Below are positions 16,360 to 30,989 of a DNA stretch of 64,000 nucleotides, in pieces; the first letter of the stretch is position 1; every line of letters starts with the position of its first letter. Where the stretch lies: NCBI GenBank assembly GCA_964016885.1, contig OZ024743.1, positions 200,322,001 through 200,386,000 on the forward strand, given 5' to 3'. A model generated the notes under the pieces. That model made no database searches, was not told the origin of the DNA, and worked only from the letters and a program-made list of their open reading frames with translations. The stretch is from Eledone cirrhosa. Taxonomy: Eukaryota. Position numbers and translations under genes: made by a program.

Positions 16360-16823
16360 CTAGCTAGATAGATAGATAGATAGATATATGTGTGAGTGTG
16401 TGTGTGTACATGTGTATATATATATATAAAGAGAGAGAGAAAGTGAGAAGAGTTCTGTGTACGTATGTATAAGTCTGTTTGTGTGTATGTGTATATATAA
16501 AGAGAATGATAGTAAGGAGAGTTCTGTGTAAGTATGTATAAGTCTGTTTGTATGTATGTGTATATATAAAGAAATGCAAGTGTATGGTGAGAATAAACTA
16601 CATAAGATTAATGATAAGAAACTATATATAAATAGATGGGAAATAGCAGAGATAAAATGTTGTGGATAAGATTAAAGTGTGGGATGGTTTAGCATGTGGT
16701 AGTAGTATTGGTGCTAGTATGAACTGTGGTGTTAGTACTGTAATTGGTGGAGACTCTAGTGGTAATGGTTATCGCTTACAGTGCCACATTGCTAGAAGCA
16801 TATATATATATATATGTGTGTGT

Positions 16824-16912
<89 letters not shown>

Positions 16913-16914
16913 TG

Positions 16915-16990
<76 letters not shown>

Positions 16991-16994
16991 TGTG

Positions 16995-17034
<40 letters not shown>

Positions 17035-17700
17035 CATATATATATATAGTTTAATAAATATACAGAGAACAAAAAACAGAAAAACGAAGAGGCAGTACAA
17101 ATGATATTAGTATTAGTTTCACGTTTGATAGTGGGGGTTGGGGGGGGGGGGGGGGGGGGGGGCGTTTCAGGCATAAGCCCTTCATCAGGAGAAAAGTGGG
17201 TAGGAAGAGAGTTCTGAGAGTGTGTGGGGGAGTGGTGGAAAGACATTTAAAAAAAGAGTAATGGAAATATATATATATATGTGTGTGTGTGTCTGTCTGT
17301 GTCTGTGTGTAAATACATATGGGTTCTTATGATTACAATAAAATTGATGTGAAAAATCGAAATATAAGTGAAACTGAGTATTCACTATATCCATCTACCA
17401 AGCACATATACTATTATTATCGCACATATCTTCAACTTGTCACTCATATTGTCTCGTACAGGCTGACGTACATCTAGCCACTGGAAGTTGCACGCCGTAA
17501 TTAATATGTGGTCACGGTTGGTAACAATCACACGGCACTCTTCGAGATCTCCTGTCTACGTGACTTCCGTACGAACCGGGTTTTTCTGTCGACCTCTTAC
17601 GAAAAACCAGCTAAGTAAAGATCTCCTCCTTAGTTTCATATTTAATATTACTGCGATATATTACTAATTAATTAGAACGTTTGCTTTCTATCAACGCTGC

Positions 17701-17834
<134 letters not shown>

Positions 17835-17859
17835 TATGTGTGTGTATTGGGGGACACCT

Positions 17860-17921
<62 letters not shown>

Positions 17922-17924
<3 letters not shown>

Positions 17925-18613
17925 AAGACGTAAAATAAGAAAATTATAAAAATTAACTTACTTACTAAAATTTCACTCCAACTAATTAGTTTCTGAAAGG
18001 GAATAAACATGGTTTCCAAATGGAAAGCATGGAGAAGCTGTTTCGTCATCAGGAAGTCTGTTCTCAGCTTAGTTACCAGGCGATGCGTGGACACAGGGAA
18101 CTTATACAAAAATAATTCAGTGGATGGAAAAAAGCAAGCGTGGACTAAATTCCAAGACATTGAAAAAATCACTGCCTATTTGGTCGGTGGCAAATTCAAA
18201 AGAATCAATCACGTGACATCGAGGTTAATCAGTGAGGAGTGGGGTGTTAAAAAGACAGTAGCCGAGCCATTACTATGAACTATAGTAGGAGTTTTGGCAA
18301 ATTTTTGCGCAACAAAATAATTTGGAGATAATTATAAAGAATTAGTATATCTACCAACATATATATACAGATGCATACCTATGCTAGCAAATATATAGGT
18401 TTTGTCTTAGTAACTTTGTGGTTCAATGCAAGGGGATGCAGAACAATTATATGAAAGACGTAAAATAAGAAAATTATAATTTTGTTATTTTACGTCTTTC
18501 ATATAATTGTTCTGCATCCCCTTGCATTGAACCACAAAGTTACTAAGACAAAACCTATATATTTGCTAGCATAGGTATGCATCTGTATATATATGTTGGT
18601 AGATATACAAATT

Positions 18614-18620
<7 letters not shown>
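17922..18620. mobile_element. (TA)n-flanked element ending in a 288-bp loopless palindrome
   Basis: 18333-18620 is self-complementary around AAAATTATAATTTT (18470-18483) with about 2 mismatches. AAAGACGTAAAATAAGAAAATTATAA occurs at both about 17924 and 18454. Confidence 0.75.
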
Positions 18621-18644
<24 letters not shown>

Positions 18645-18647
<3 letters not shown>

Positions 18648-18741
18648 GGTGTCCCCCAAAAAATGTATACACACTTCATCAGCATTTGGATAAATATTTT
18701 TGTGCAGGTAATCAAAGTGTGTGTACATTTTTTGGGACACC

Positions 18742-18744
<3 letters not shown>
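18645..18744. mobile_element. 100-bp Tc1/mariner-type MITE
   Basis: TIR CAGGGTGTCCCCCAAAAATGTATACACACTT / AAGTGTGTGTACATTTTTTGGGACACCCTG, flanked by TA. Confidence 0.85.
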
Positions 18745-18777
<33 letters not shown>

Positions 18778-20271
18778 AAGAGTGATGGTCACGGCTGGAT
18801 GACCTTATATCGGAGGTCTATTCTATCAGGCCTGTGACTAGCCAATAAATATACAAACCACTGTATGTGACGGAGGACTTCCTAATTTCGAATATTCAAC
18901 AAAATTGGTTTTCCTACACCTTTTTCAGTATCTCCTCTGCATATTATCCCGACACTGAGCCCAATAAATTGAACGGTGGCGAGCGATGTCCATCATTCTT
19001 GATGAGGTAAGATTACTCCTCTTCGGCCTGTTATTTAATTGATATTTAAATACATTGCTTCAGTCTTCCTGTCAGATATTAATCATGGAGTAGTTAGCTT
19101 CAGAGGGTCTTACGCGACAGACGTCAGTCAGACATAGGTACTAAATATCCGGGCGTTCTAAATTAATATCTGCATCATGTGACTAAAAAGATCTTATAAA
19201 CCCTTAGCTTTTTCATTACCATATCTTTTCATGAAATTTACGAAATTTTAACTAATTACTGGAAAATTTGAATTAATTTTCTAAATCTATTAATTATTTC
19301 ATTATTCCATTACTAACAGGTTTTCTTATACCATAACTTAACAGAAATTTCTTATGTTAAATTCTGTCGAAAGTTATTAATTTAAATAGAAAACCTTTGA
19401 TCAGAGAACTTTGTATTGGAGAACCAGGGTGGGTTTTGGCCAGGTTGCTATCAAAAGGGTTAAAGTAATTCTCAGGAAGAATGAGAACGCAACAGTGTGA
19501 AAGAAGGGTGTTATTTGAATAACTTGTATAATATACATGATGAGATTCCAGGGACTTCATCAACCCAAATACATTCACAACGCTTTGATTGAATGGGAGG
19601 TATGGTAAAATACACTTGCTCAAGATATAACGCCATTGAATTGAACCACACTCACACACACACACACACACACATACACACACATACACACACAAGCACA
19701 CACACATGTATATATATATAAATAAACATATTTTTCAACCATTAACTGTTAAATTTATCTAGAATCTATTCTTCTACCTCCATAATCACCACCGTGACAA
19801 TAACATTTTCTATCTAATTCGTCTACTTTCTATATGACACATATTCACTCGTTTCTCTTCATGGCAAAACTCTCATGATCTCTCTTCTCGCTCTTATGCA
19901 TTTACTTCGGTCATTATCCTCACGTTAATTTCATACGTTAACGTACATTTTAACTGACTTTAACATTTTGTCTCCATTTTAGTTAAATGAATCTCTCACC
20001 TCCCAGATTTGTATACTGTGATCATAACAATCATAGAGAATGTTTATACGTAAAGAAGAATGGACATCCAATCGAGGTTAACTTTGCCTTTCATCCTTAC
20101 AGGGTCGATAAAATAAAGTACCAGTAATGCACTGGAAATTTGCTGGCCTTGTGCCAAAGTAGAAATAATTATGTTTACATCAAATTTCTTGAAATGTTGT
20201 TCTTAGTTCAATGACACACACTACTACCTTTGCAGAGCCCCAGCTTGCATGTATGTATGTATGTATGTATG

Positions 20272-20870
20272 TCAGGTCACCAGTTGGTGCTACTGGTAAC
20301 ATGTATCCCAGTACAACCTGTCTCATGGTCGGGTCGTTGGCGACTAAACTGGCAACCCCACCAAGCTTTCTTGGTGAGGAGGGTGACTGGACATCCTGCA
20401 GGACTAAAAACAAAACCTGTCAAAGGAGCTCTTAAGAGTCAATGGCCATCCAAAATCACCGGGAGAGATGACCCCTTAGCCTTTGTCAAGGCAGAATTCT
20501 AGGAGAAGGAAAACTCTGATATAACACCTGCAACTCTGATGGTATCCAATGATGTTGACTTGTTCTTCTTTTTGGTAAATATCATCTTGGTTAAGAGAGT
20601 GGGACTGGCTTTGTGCAGTGCCTTTGCTTACTATAAAAGCTTCACGGCACAGGCATTGCTTTATATCTGGAGATCTCTCTGCACTTGTCGTCACATGGTA
20701 CCATGGGCCCAGCACTATGTGTCAATAATTGTCACAAGTGTAGTGTTTGTACCAGAGTTTTCAAGTCGCTGGCTGGACTAAAAAGTCACACTCGTTCAGC
20801 GCATCGGTAGGAGTTCTCCTACATGGATATAAAGTAGTGGCCGTACTCGAAAACGAGTTAGCAGCCACCA
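20272..20870. mobile_element. Non-coding interspersed repeat flanked by (TATG)n; second copy at about 52220-52700
   Basis: Shared ATGGTCGGGTCG(T/C)(T/C)GGCGAC..AAAC..GCAAC..CACCAAGCTT..TTGGTGAGGAGGGTGA, GCACAGGCATTG and terminal GCAGCCACCATGT in both copies. Confidence 0.7.
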
Positions 20871-20976
20871 TGTATGTATGTATGTATGTATGCATGTATG
20901 CATGTATGTATGTTTGTATGTATGTATGCTTGCATGTATGTATGTATGTATGTATGTATGTATGTATGTATGTATG

Positions 20977-23284
20977 TTTTCTCTTTCTCTTAATTTCGAG
21001 TATATTTTTTTGACCGGCCACCTTCCTGGTGGCAAGGTTGTAAAAGAAAAGAAATTGTCATCCCTTGAATCGCAAGAATGTTTTGCAAATTTTGAAGGTG
21101 CCAGCTATCGCAGCCATTTGCAGACTATGAATTAGGGAGCTGCGCTTTTTGTCCGCAAATCCAAGTTCAGTCATACTTTGGTCCAAGCGGGTTGGTATAT
21201 AACCCGTAGCACCAATAATGATGGGTGTGAAGCTAAAGGTGTATCTTGGATACTGGATTTGTAAACTCCTCATCAATGGTCCGTAGATGTCCTCCTTCTC
21301 CTGTATTTTTCTGACAACGTTTACATCAAGTGGGCAGCTGATCTCCACAACAGAACACGTTTTCAATGTGTGGTCCCAAACTACAATATCAGGCCGGTTG
21401 TGCTTTAATTTGGTGGCAGTTTTTATTTTCAGGTTCCACCAGTATTCCTTAGTGCCATCTGTCTCAATATATTCTTCCTCGTTTGTTGTTAATTTTGTTT
21501 TCCGAAGTGCGTTCCAGATGGTTCTAGCTATCCCATCGTGTCTCATGGGGAGGTAGTAGCGAGATGACATTCTTTCGCAGCTGGCAACAATGTGGCTTAC
21601 ATCCTCGATCTTTGTTTTACATAGCCTACATTTATTGTCAGCTGCTGGCCCTCCTCTTTTGTGCAGCAGATATTTGGTAGGGAGTTCTTGTTCCTGTATT
21701 GCATAGAGATATCCCTCAAGGTGTGATGTCATAAACTTGTCGGAACTCCATGCCAGGCTTTTGAGTGGTTTATCCCCTCTATGGTCTGTGTTTTACGCCT
21801 CAAGTATCCATGCACAACTTTTTCTGTAAATTGGTCAATTTTCTTATCTTCTTTTGAACATTGAATAGGATCTTCCGATTTCTCTGGGTAAGAGATTTAT
21901 ATCAGGCTTTATTCCATATCTCTCCTCCAGATCAGTCGCTATTCTAATGATATTTCTTTTTTCATGCTCATAAACCTGGGCAAGATGGTTGCCAACCTTT
22001 TTCCTCTGTTGAAGGTGTTGCTTCAGTGTTACTATCCGGGTCTCATATGTTGTTAATATTGATTTTAGACCCCGGCCACCTTCCTTGCGTGAGAAGTATA
22101 GCCTATCCACATCACCATTGATGTTAAAGTTGCCAGTAACACTGAGAAGTTTTCGAGTTCTAACATCCATCTCACTTAGTTCTTGCAATGACCAGTTCAG
22201 TAGGCCAAATGTTGGCGTTAGAATTGGCACAGCATAAGTATTGTGGGCAATGTATTTGTTGTATGCTGACAGTTCTGATGGCCATATTTTCTTTACTCTT
22301 CTGAGGTATTCAGTTCTGGTTCTCTCCTTATTTATGGGTCCATCATATCTGACATTCTCATCCTGTCCAAGATATCTGTAGTTGTCACCTGACTGCAGAG
22401 GTTGTATTGTCAGGCCGTTCATCTCTAGATTTCTAGAGGAGGACACAGCTCCTCCACGTTTTACTGCCAAATATGCACACTTGGACTCACCAAATTTCAT
22501 TTTGATGTCGGTTGAAAATTGTGTAATGAGGTCCAATTGTTTCTTGATGTCATTGATATTTGGCCCATACAACTTCAGGTCATCAACAAAGAAAAGATGG
22601 GAGATACTTCTGGGCCCACTTCTTTGTCCACCTTGTTTCCTGAGTAGTTAAGATAGTGGATTCAGTGAGAGAACGAAGAGTAGCACTGACAAGCTATCAC
22701 CCTGAAAGATGCCCTTCTGGTAATGTATCTTATCAGCCTTAACCTGCTCCTTCTCACCTCTAAGGATCAAATTGGTGTACCAGTTCTTGGTCAGGCGTTC
22801 AACAGCAGCTACCAATGGTTGTGGGACTTTAGCTAACTGTAAAGCCTTAATAATCCACCCATGAGGTACACTATCAAATGCTTTTTGATAGTCCAGCCAC
22901 ACGACAGTCATGTTTCTGCGATTCTTTGTTGTTTTTTCCTGAATCATTTTGTTAGTTAGTAGGTGATCTATGCAACCCCACACCTCCCTCTTTCCACCAG
23001 CTTGCTCAGGTGTTATGATGTTGTTGGTAGCACAGTGATCCTGTAAGAACAGGTTAAGGCACCCAGTATATAATTTATACAAGGGTGGTTTGGCTATTTT
23101 GGGGAATGAGGAGAGTAATGGCAGTTGATAACCATCTGGGCAGTTCTTGTGTGCCCTTAATGGTTTCTGTAAACAGCCGTATGAGATCTTGCCGATAGAA
23201 AGTGAAATTCTTCAACCAGTATCCTGTAATGAGGTCTGGGCCTGGTGATTTCCTATTCGACATTTTCTGTAGAGTTGTTTCCAG
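20977..23284 (-). mobile_element. 5'-truncated, frameshifted non-LTR retrotransposon with RT and restriction-like endonuclease (R4/Dong-like) inserted in (TACA)n
   Basis: KSPGPD, EQAG, DYQKAFDSVPH, GIFQGDSLS, HLFFVDDLKLY (about 22562-22600), YRYLG, GGRGL, CCHC CRLC..HIVASC, RHD, HNRPDIVV..VEISCP..K..Y. (TATG)n on both flanks. Confidence 0.92.
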
Positions 23285-24228
23285 CATGTATATATGCATG
23301 TATGCTTGTATGTATGTATGTATTCATATATGCATATATGTATGTATGTACGTGTGTATGTATGTACGTATGTATTATGTATGTATGTATGTATGTATGT
23401 ATGTATGTATGTATGTATGTATGTGAATGTATATGTAAGTGGAACTCCGGCTATCAGTGCTCTGCGTTTAAATCCTGCTGTCACCTTTGATTTTCATCAT
23501 TCTCATTAACCATTTAATCTGATAAGCGATTTGAAATATCTGAGCGTTCGAAATACGTGAGGATGTCGTCTCTGAATGGTAATTAATTAAGAAGGAACAT
23601 ATTGAAAAGCAATATCTTATCAAATTCAATCATGGAAATCAATCAAGGCATGTTGTAATATTTACAATGTTTGTCAAAATATATCAACTTCCATTTTATG
23701 ATATAATCCGAATTTTTATTTTTCAAAATAAAAGTTGACTTGTATCTGCACTAATTGATTGCGAAACGTTTATATATATTGACTCTAATGTAATTTGAAT
23801 TAATTCGCAGTTAAATGTATGTATGATTTACAACCTATATTATTTCCTCTTATATATATATGATGAAAGCGGACACTCGGAACTAAAGACCTGTTGAAAC
23901 AGGGAAATCCTCGTTCCATCTTCGGATACATTACCGATTGTATATACGTTGCGCAACTTGGAGTGCAAATCCCAGAAACCTATCGAAGATATTTATTGAT
24001 TAATATCTTTCGATCAGGTCCTGGTTTAACCTGTCTGTATTTTTAGTTGTTTTAGTATTAATGTGGCAACATGCCTCTGGTCACATTATTCATTTTGTCA
24101 CTATTACCTAACTTATTGTGTATACACTGGGGAGCAATTGCTTTATATTTGAGTGGTTTGTGACAGTCTCGAAATTCAATCGGATGCGAATTTGCTACTT
24201 GCAGCTGCAACTTCGTTTATACTCATTA

Positions 24229-24301
<73 letters not shown>

Positions 24302-24317
24302 ACATACATGTATATGC

Positions 24318-24374
<57 letters not shown>

Positions 24375-24487
24375 ATGATATTAAATAAATGGAAACTATA
24401 TTTATAAAGCCATATTTATTTTATTATATATATTTCAAGAGCGACCTTATATTTGTCGGACTTCCAACAAATTAAATACCACTTCTA

Positions 24488-24542
<55 letters not shown>

Positions 24543-24544
<2 letters not shown>

Positions 24545-25457
24545 TTATTAAAATAACAGATTAAAGGTTAAGCAAAGAATCGCTGCTTTCACCCTCAACG
24601 GGATCTTCTGAAACTAAAAAAATCAATCTGTGAACGCAGAAGTAAATATTTCGAAAAACGTTGCAACCGAAGGAAGACAGGAAGACGATACTTTGGTTCT
24701 TGGAGATGTTCACTGGCAAAGAACGGGGAAAAAACGAAGATAATATGTCATTATTTGGAGCGGTGAGAACAAAGACACGCAAAGACAAAACCACGTTTAT
24801 GGTATAAATGAAGTCGTAGACTAATATTCTATTAGGCGGTTCGTGGAGACGTTCCCTGGCAATGAACGGAAAAACTAAGATAATACGTCATTATTTGGAC
24901 CGTGAGAACAATTACACGCAAAGACAAAACCACGTATAAGGTATAACTGAAGTCGTAGACTAAAATTCTATTTAGGAAACCGAATGATTCTCGGCTTCAG
25001 AGTTAAGAATAATGTAAATAAATTACAGAGGTTATTGAAATCAACAATAATTAAATATGTACTTGCACGCATCCATATACGTACATACAGATGCATACGC
25101 GAAAACACCCGCCATGGGTATGCAAATACAGGCACGTACACAAAAACACGCGCACACATACAAAAACCCACACAACGCCTGTACCCGCACACATACGAAC
25201 GTATACACCAAATACGCATAAAACATGTATAAAAATATATATATATATGTGTGTGTGTATACATATAATTATATAAAAGTATATAAATATACACACATAA
25301 ATACGTATATAACGCTCACCTACATGTAAATACACATATGTTCGCTAAACGTACGTCAACCAAAACACAAATATTTGCTCTACGGTTCTTATATATTTGA
25401 TATATATTTATCCTCATCGAGCCCTCTTTGGATTTTAGTCTTCAAATTTATTATTAT

Positions 25458-25460
<3 letters not shown>
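24543..25460. mobile_element. Family 'TTAAAATAACAG' copy: long inverted body joined directly to the forward tail
   Basis: 24543-25368 is a reverse-complement homologue of about 53270-54260 without the SINE. 25369-25460 matches tail 54256-54330 in the forward orientation. Confidence 0.85.
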
Positions 25461-25492
<32 letters not shown>

Positions 25493-25517
25493 CGGAGACG
25501 AGAACATATAGGAAGAT

Positions 25518-25603
25518 TATCTGACGATCTTTCGATTAGAGTCATGTTCGATCTATAATAGATCGTTTTCCTCGAGCTGATCGATAGTGAAACATATGTA
25601 ATA
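25518..25603 (+). ncRNA. Putative type I hammerhead with a long stem II
   Basis: TAT-CTGACGA-[TCGATTAG...CTGATCGA]-GAAA-CATATG-TA-ATA. Palindromic stem III, short stem I. Confidence 0.55.
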
Positions 25604-26758
25604 TGTTATTAAGTATGTTATGATGCAATACTGAATCCTTCTTCATTTATGGTTATAGTATATGTATATATATATGTATATATGTTGATATAATATTGCC
25701 AGAAATACATAATAAAACACACTCACTCTGAGTGTGTGAGCGTGTGTGCGTGTGTGTATGTATGTATATATATATTGTTTTTTTTAAATCTGTATTTCCC
25801 AGAAGAACAGTAAACAACACTTGAGGCTTACATTTTCTGTCGGGTATACATTCATTCGGCTGGATACAGATGTATGTTAGGGAATATTGTGAATTTATTA
25901 GGTTTGCTTAATTTCAAAAGCAACCATCATGACAAAACAAGGGGTTTCTTCATTCTGCTACTTCTCCACTCTCCTTCTCTAGCTCTCTGTATTTGAGAAA
26001 GCTTCTTCTTTTCCTCACACCCATCTATATCTCTTCCCCTCTATCAACAACTTATCCACATTTCTCTCTTTTATTACTATTCTCTCCATTCCTCCATTTC
26101 TTTCCTCCTCTCTCTCTCTCTCTCTCTCTTTCTCCCCCCCCCCCCCGCCCCCATGTCACTCTCTCATTCTCTTACTACAACCGTGCTCTGGTTACTAAAC
26201 CCATCTTCCTTTGCCCCTCTTCAGTTTCTATTCCTTTTCTTTGAATCTCTCACACCTTCTCTCTCTCTCTTTCTCCCCCTCTCTCCCTCTTCCCCCCCCT
26301 CTCTCTCTCTCTGTATATTTCGCTCTCTCTCTCTCTCTCACCCCTATCTAACTCTATCTCTATCCCTCCAGCTCACAGTTATCTAATGATGTTTTCTTTA
26401 GACAGATTACACCGCCATATTACTAGATAATTCTACACAATCGTCTCTATGAAAACTCACACACACGTTCACACTAACATTCTCCCACATAAAAGCACAC
26501 ACACACACTCGCACACACTCACACACACGTACACACTCACACTCATTCCCATATCCAAACATACACACACACTTACACACTCACTCCCACATACAACCAC
26601 ACACACACACAAACACAACCACACTCACACATGCACACATACGAAGCTGTCGTCTGCCATCGTAGGATCAACCTAAAGATGTATGAAAATCAAACAATCT
26701 TAACTGGTTTATCTTCTCTGGAGCAAGTCAAATATTTTCTGTTGATATTTTGAGGTGA

Positions 26759-27161
<403 letters not shown>

Positions 27162-27216
27162 ACTCTCCTAAAGTACTTTAGGAAAGAAAAATGTAAAAAT
27201 AAGAAATAAAATATGG

Positions 27217-28160
27217 ACGGATGGATGAATGGATGGTTGGATGTAAGTATGGATGGTTGGATGTAAGTATGGATGGATGGTTGGATGTAAGTATGGATGG
27301 ATGGATGTAAGTATGGATGGATGGTATGTAAGTATGGATGGATGGTATGTAAGTATGGATGGTTGGATGTAAGTATGGATGGTTGGATGTAAGTATGGAT
27401 GGATGGATGTAAGTATGGATGGTTGGATGTATGTATGGATGGTTGGATGTAAGTATGGATGGTTGGATGTATGTATGTATGGATGGTTGGATGTAAGTAT
27501 GGATGGATGGATGTAAGTATGGATGGATGGTTGGATGTAAGTATGGATGGTTGGATGTAAGTATGGATGGTTGGATGTATGTATGTATGGATGGTTGGAT
27601 GTAAGTATGGATGGATGAATGAATGGATGGTTGGATGTAAGTATGGATGGATGGATGTAAGTATGGATGGTTGGATGTAAGTATGAATGGTTGGATGTAA
27701 GTATGGATGGATGGATGTAAGTATGGATGGTTGGATGTATGTATGGATGGTTGGATGTAAGTATGGATGGTTGGATGTATGTATGTATGGATGGTATGTA
27801 AGTATGGATGGATGGTATGTAAGTATGGATGGATGGATGTAAGTATGGATGGATGGTATGTAAGTATGGATGGATGGATGCAAGTATGGATGGTTGGATG
27901 TAAGTATGGATGGTTGGATGTATGTATGGATGGTTGGATGTAAGTATGGATGGATGGATGTAAGTATGGATGGATGGTTGGATGTAAGTATGGATGGTTG
28001 GATGTAAGTATGGATGGTTGGATGTAAGTATGTATGGATGGTTGGATGTAAGTATGGATGGATGAATGAATGGATGGTTGGATGTAAGTATGGATGGATG
28101 GATGTAAGTATGGATGGGTTTAAGTATGGATGGATGGAGGTAAGTATGGATGGATGTAAG
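27217..28160. repeat. Minisatellite of ~20-bp GTATGGATGGTTGGATGTAA units built from GGAT/GTAT tetramers
   Basis: Direct inspection; explains the 395-aa and 453-aa HPSILTS pseudo-ORFs. Confidence 0.9.
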
Positions 28161-28676
28161 GATAAATGGATTAGATGGATGTTTGGATGTTTGGTTAGAA
28201 AGATGAATAGACGAATGGATAATTGACAAGGGAGTTTGTGAGTTTGGAAGAGTGAAAGAAAAGGAGAAGGAAAATAGAAAGATAGATGGATAGAGAGAGG
28301 GAGAGACAAAGATAGAATAATTGCATGAAGGGAAGTTCATACATACATATATATATATGCATGCATGCCCTCGTGCGCAGCAAGCAGAGTGTTGAGCCGA
28401 GCCAGTGCTGATCCCGATTCCTGGTAGGACGCCAGTTCCTCGCAGGGTTAAACCGCTGGTACTCAATTTCTGCTGAGTATACTGGAGTAACGTGAAATGA
28501 AGTGTTTTGCTCCGGAACACAACACGCAACCCACGACATTACGACCGTAAGTCCAACAACCTTACCACTAAGGCCACGTGCCTTCACTGTATTTGTACAT
28601 AAATACACACACACACACACACATACACACAGATACATACATTTATACATACATACATATATATATATATTTATAT

Positions 28677-29105
28677 GTAGAGGTTATATTTAATTTGTTG
28701 GGATTCAATAAGCTTTAAAATGTTTATAACTGATATAAAGCACTCAACAATTTAGTGGAGTAAATATACAATATATTAATAAATGGAAACTATATTTATA
28801 AAACCATAATTATTTTATTATATATATTTCATGGGCGACCAAGGTAAATTATGGTGCGCTTTCATCAGATAAAATACAGATTTGTTTTATAAATAAATAT
28901 TGACATACCCGGAAAAAAGACAACCTCAACCTCAGCGAATTTCAACTGTTGAGGTTGTCTTTTTTCCGGGTATGTCAATATTTATTTATAAAACAAATCT
29001 GTATTTTATCTGATGAAAGCGCACCATAATTTACCTTGGTCGCCCATGAAATATATATAATAAAATAATTATGGTTTTATAAATATAGTTTCCATTTATT
29101 AATAT

Positions 29106-29114
<9 letters not shown>
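28677..29114 (-). mobile_element. Fold-back PLE-like element with HHR
   Basis: Inverted arms 28764-28930 and 28948-29114 with a 17-nt loop, unpaired tail about 28677-28763, right end runs into (TA)n. A diverged fragment of the same family lies at about 24373-24490. Confidence 0.85.
29002..29067 (+). ncRNA. Type I hammerhead ribozyme (mirror copy 28811-28876, minus)
   Basis: TATTTTAT-CTGATGA-[GCG.ACCA/TGGT.CGC stem II]-GAAA-TATATA-TA-ATAAAATA; 8-bp stem I. Confidence 0.8.
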
Positions 29115-29174
<60 letters not shown>

Positions 29175-29981
29175 TTAAATATATACATATATGTAATGAA
29201 ACAATCCTAGACCTCATTTCTTATATATTCTTATATATATGTGCGCATGCGCACGTGTGTGTATGCGTGTGTGTTTGTGTATATGCGCAAGCGAAGTCAA
29301 CAAGGAAAAAACAGAGGAGAACAATACAATACAGTGCCGATATCTTGATATAATTAGAAAAATAGCCTTAACCTTTCGGTCGTTAGTCTTTCATCAGAAT
29401 ATTGAATGAAAGAGAGTGTGTGAGACAGAGAGACAATGAGAGAGAGAGAGTGTGGGTGAGAGAAAGAGATAGAGAGAGAGAGAGAGAGTGATAGAAAGAG
29501 TGAGAGAGGGGGAATGATAGAGGGAGTGAGAAAGAGAGAGAGGGATAGAGGGACTAAGAATGAGAGAGAGTGATAGAGGGAGTGAGGAAGAAACGGGAGA
29601 GAGGTTGTTTAGAGGAGTGCAATCAACAGATGGTAACATCTTTTGATGGGTATCGAGAATTTTGGATTCACTTGCAGACACATCGGGAAATCTCTAAGGC
29701 TAGAAACCTTTTACGAACTGCTTCTTTTGATAGCATAAACTGCTGTGTATGAACGAAATCTGTCGGCTAATGTAGCTTGTTGATTTTGTGGGTGGTATGG
29801 AAGTATTTCACTAAATTCTCTTTGAAATGATGGCATCAGTTGGAAGAAAAGAGTATTAGATAACAGTAAGGATTTATAGAATTATATTGTAGCCTCTCTT
29901 CCCTACATACGGACACACGTGCGAGTAAGCATAGACTTACCCGTACACACACACATATGCACACATAGATATATATGCATA

Positions 29982-30156
<175 letters not shown>

Positions 30157-30359
30157 TCTCTGCTGTAAACAACACAAATCAGCTCACCACCTTCCAGCAT
30201 CGTTTCAGCAGTTGATAAAGAACAAAGAGGCTGGCTTTTCTTCATCTCATGATAAATACACATACATAGACACTCACAGACACACACGCACACATGTACA
30301 CGCACAATAGATTTATACATATGAGCATACGTACATATATATGTATGTGTTTATGTATA

Positions 30360-30393
<34 letters not shown>

Positions 30394-30506
30394 CATAAAC
30401 ATACACGTATAAATATATATATACATATTTATGTGTGTGTGTGTACATACATACATATATATTACAACATATATAAGTATGTATATATACATATATATAT
30501 ATATGC

Positions 30507-30565
<59 letters not shown>

Positions 30566-30989
30566 GTCACAAATTAATGTATATAAAGCTCATGCACAAT
30601 TAAGACAGAAGTGAGAGAAATGTATATCGGAGAATTGGGTAAGTGGAATAGGAAAGGAAATAGAATAGAAGGAAATAGAAAGGAAAGAGAGAATTAATTG
30701 AATGAAGAATCTAAATAGAAGGTAGCTAGAACGAGAAGGAAGAGAGAAAGAGTTAAAAACGAAAGGAGTGTATGCCGAATGAAAGTATTGGATCGTCAAG
30801 TATTAAATTTGCGGAAATTTCTAGAAAAAAAACAAATTTCTACAAATTTCATACCTCTATGAACCAATGCTAAGATGTAAGAAAGAAAATGTAGAACGAC
30901 AGAAAAAACAAAAAAAAAATGAAAGAAAGATGGACATAACTAAAGAAAAAATATATGTAGAAGGAAATAACGTAAAAAATATATAAATA

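Noticed and set aside
18035-18070. Minus-strand CTGATGA-C-GAAA hammerhead
   Set aside because: No stem II and no properly placed UH or stem I.
20272-20360. HDV-like ribozyme at the end of the 600-bp element
   Set aside because: P2, P4 and a CTAA joiner can be drawn, but L3 is too short and P1 pairs poorly.
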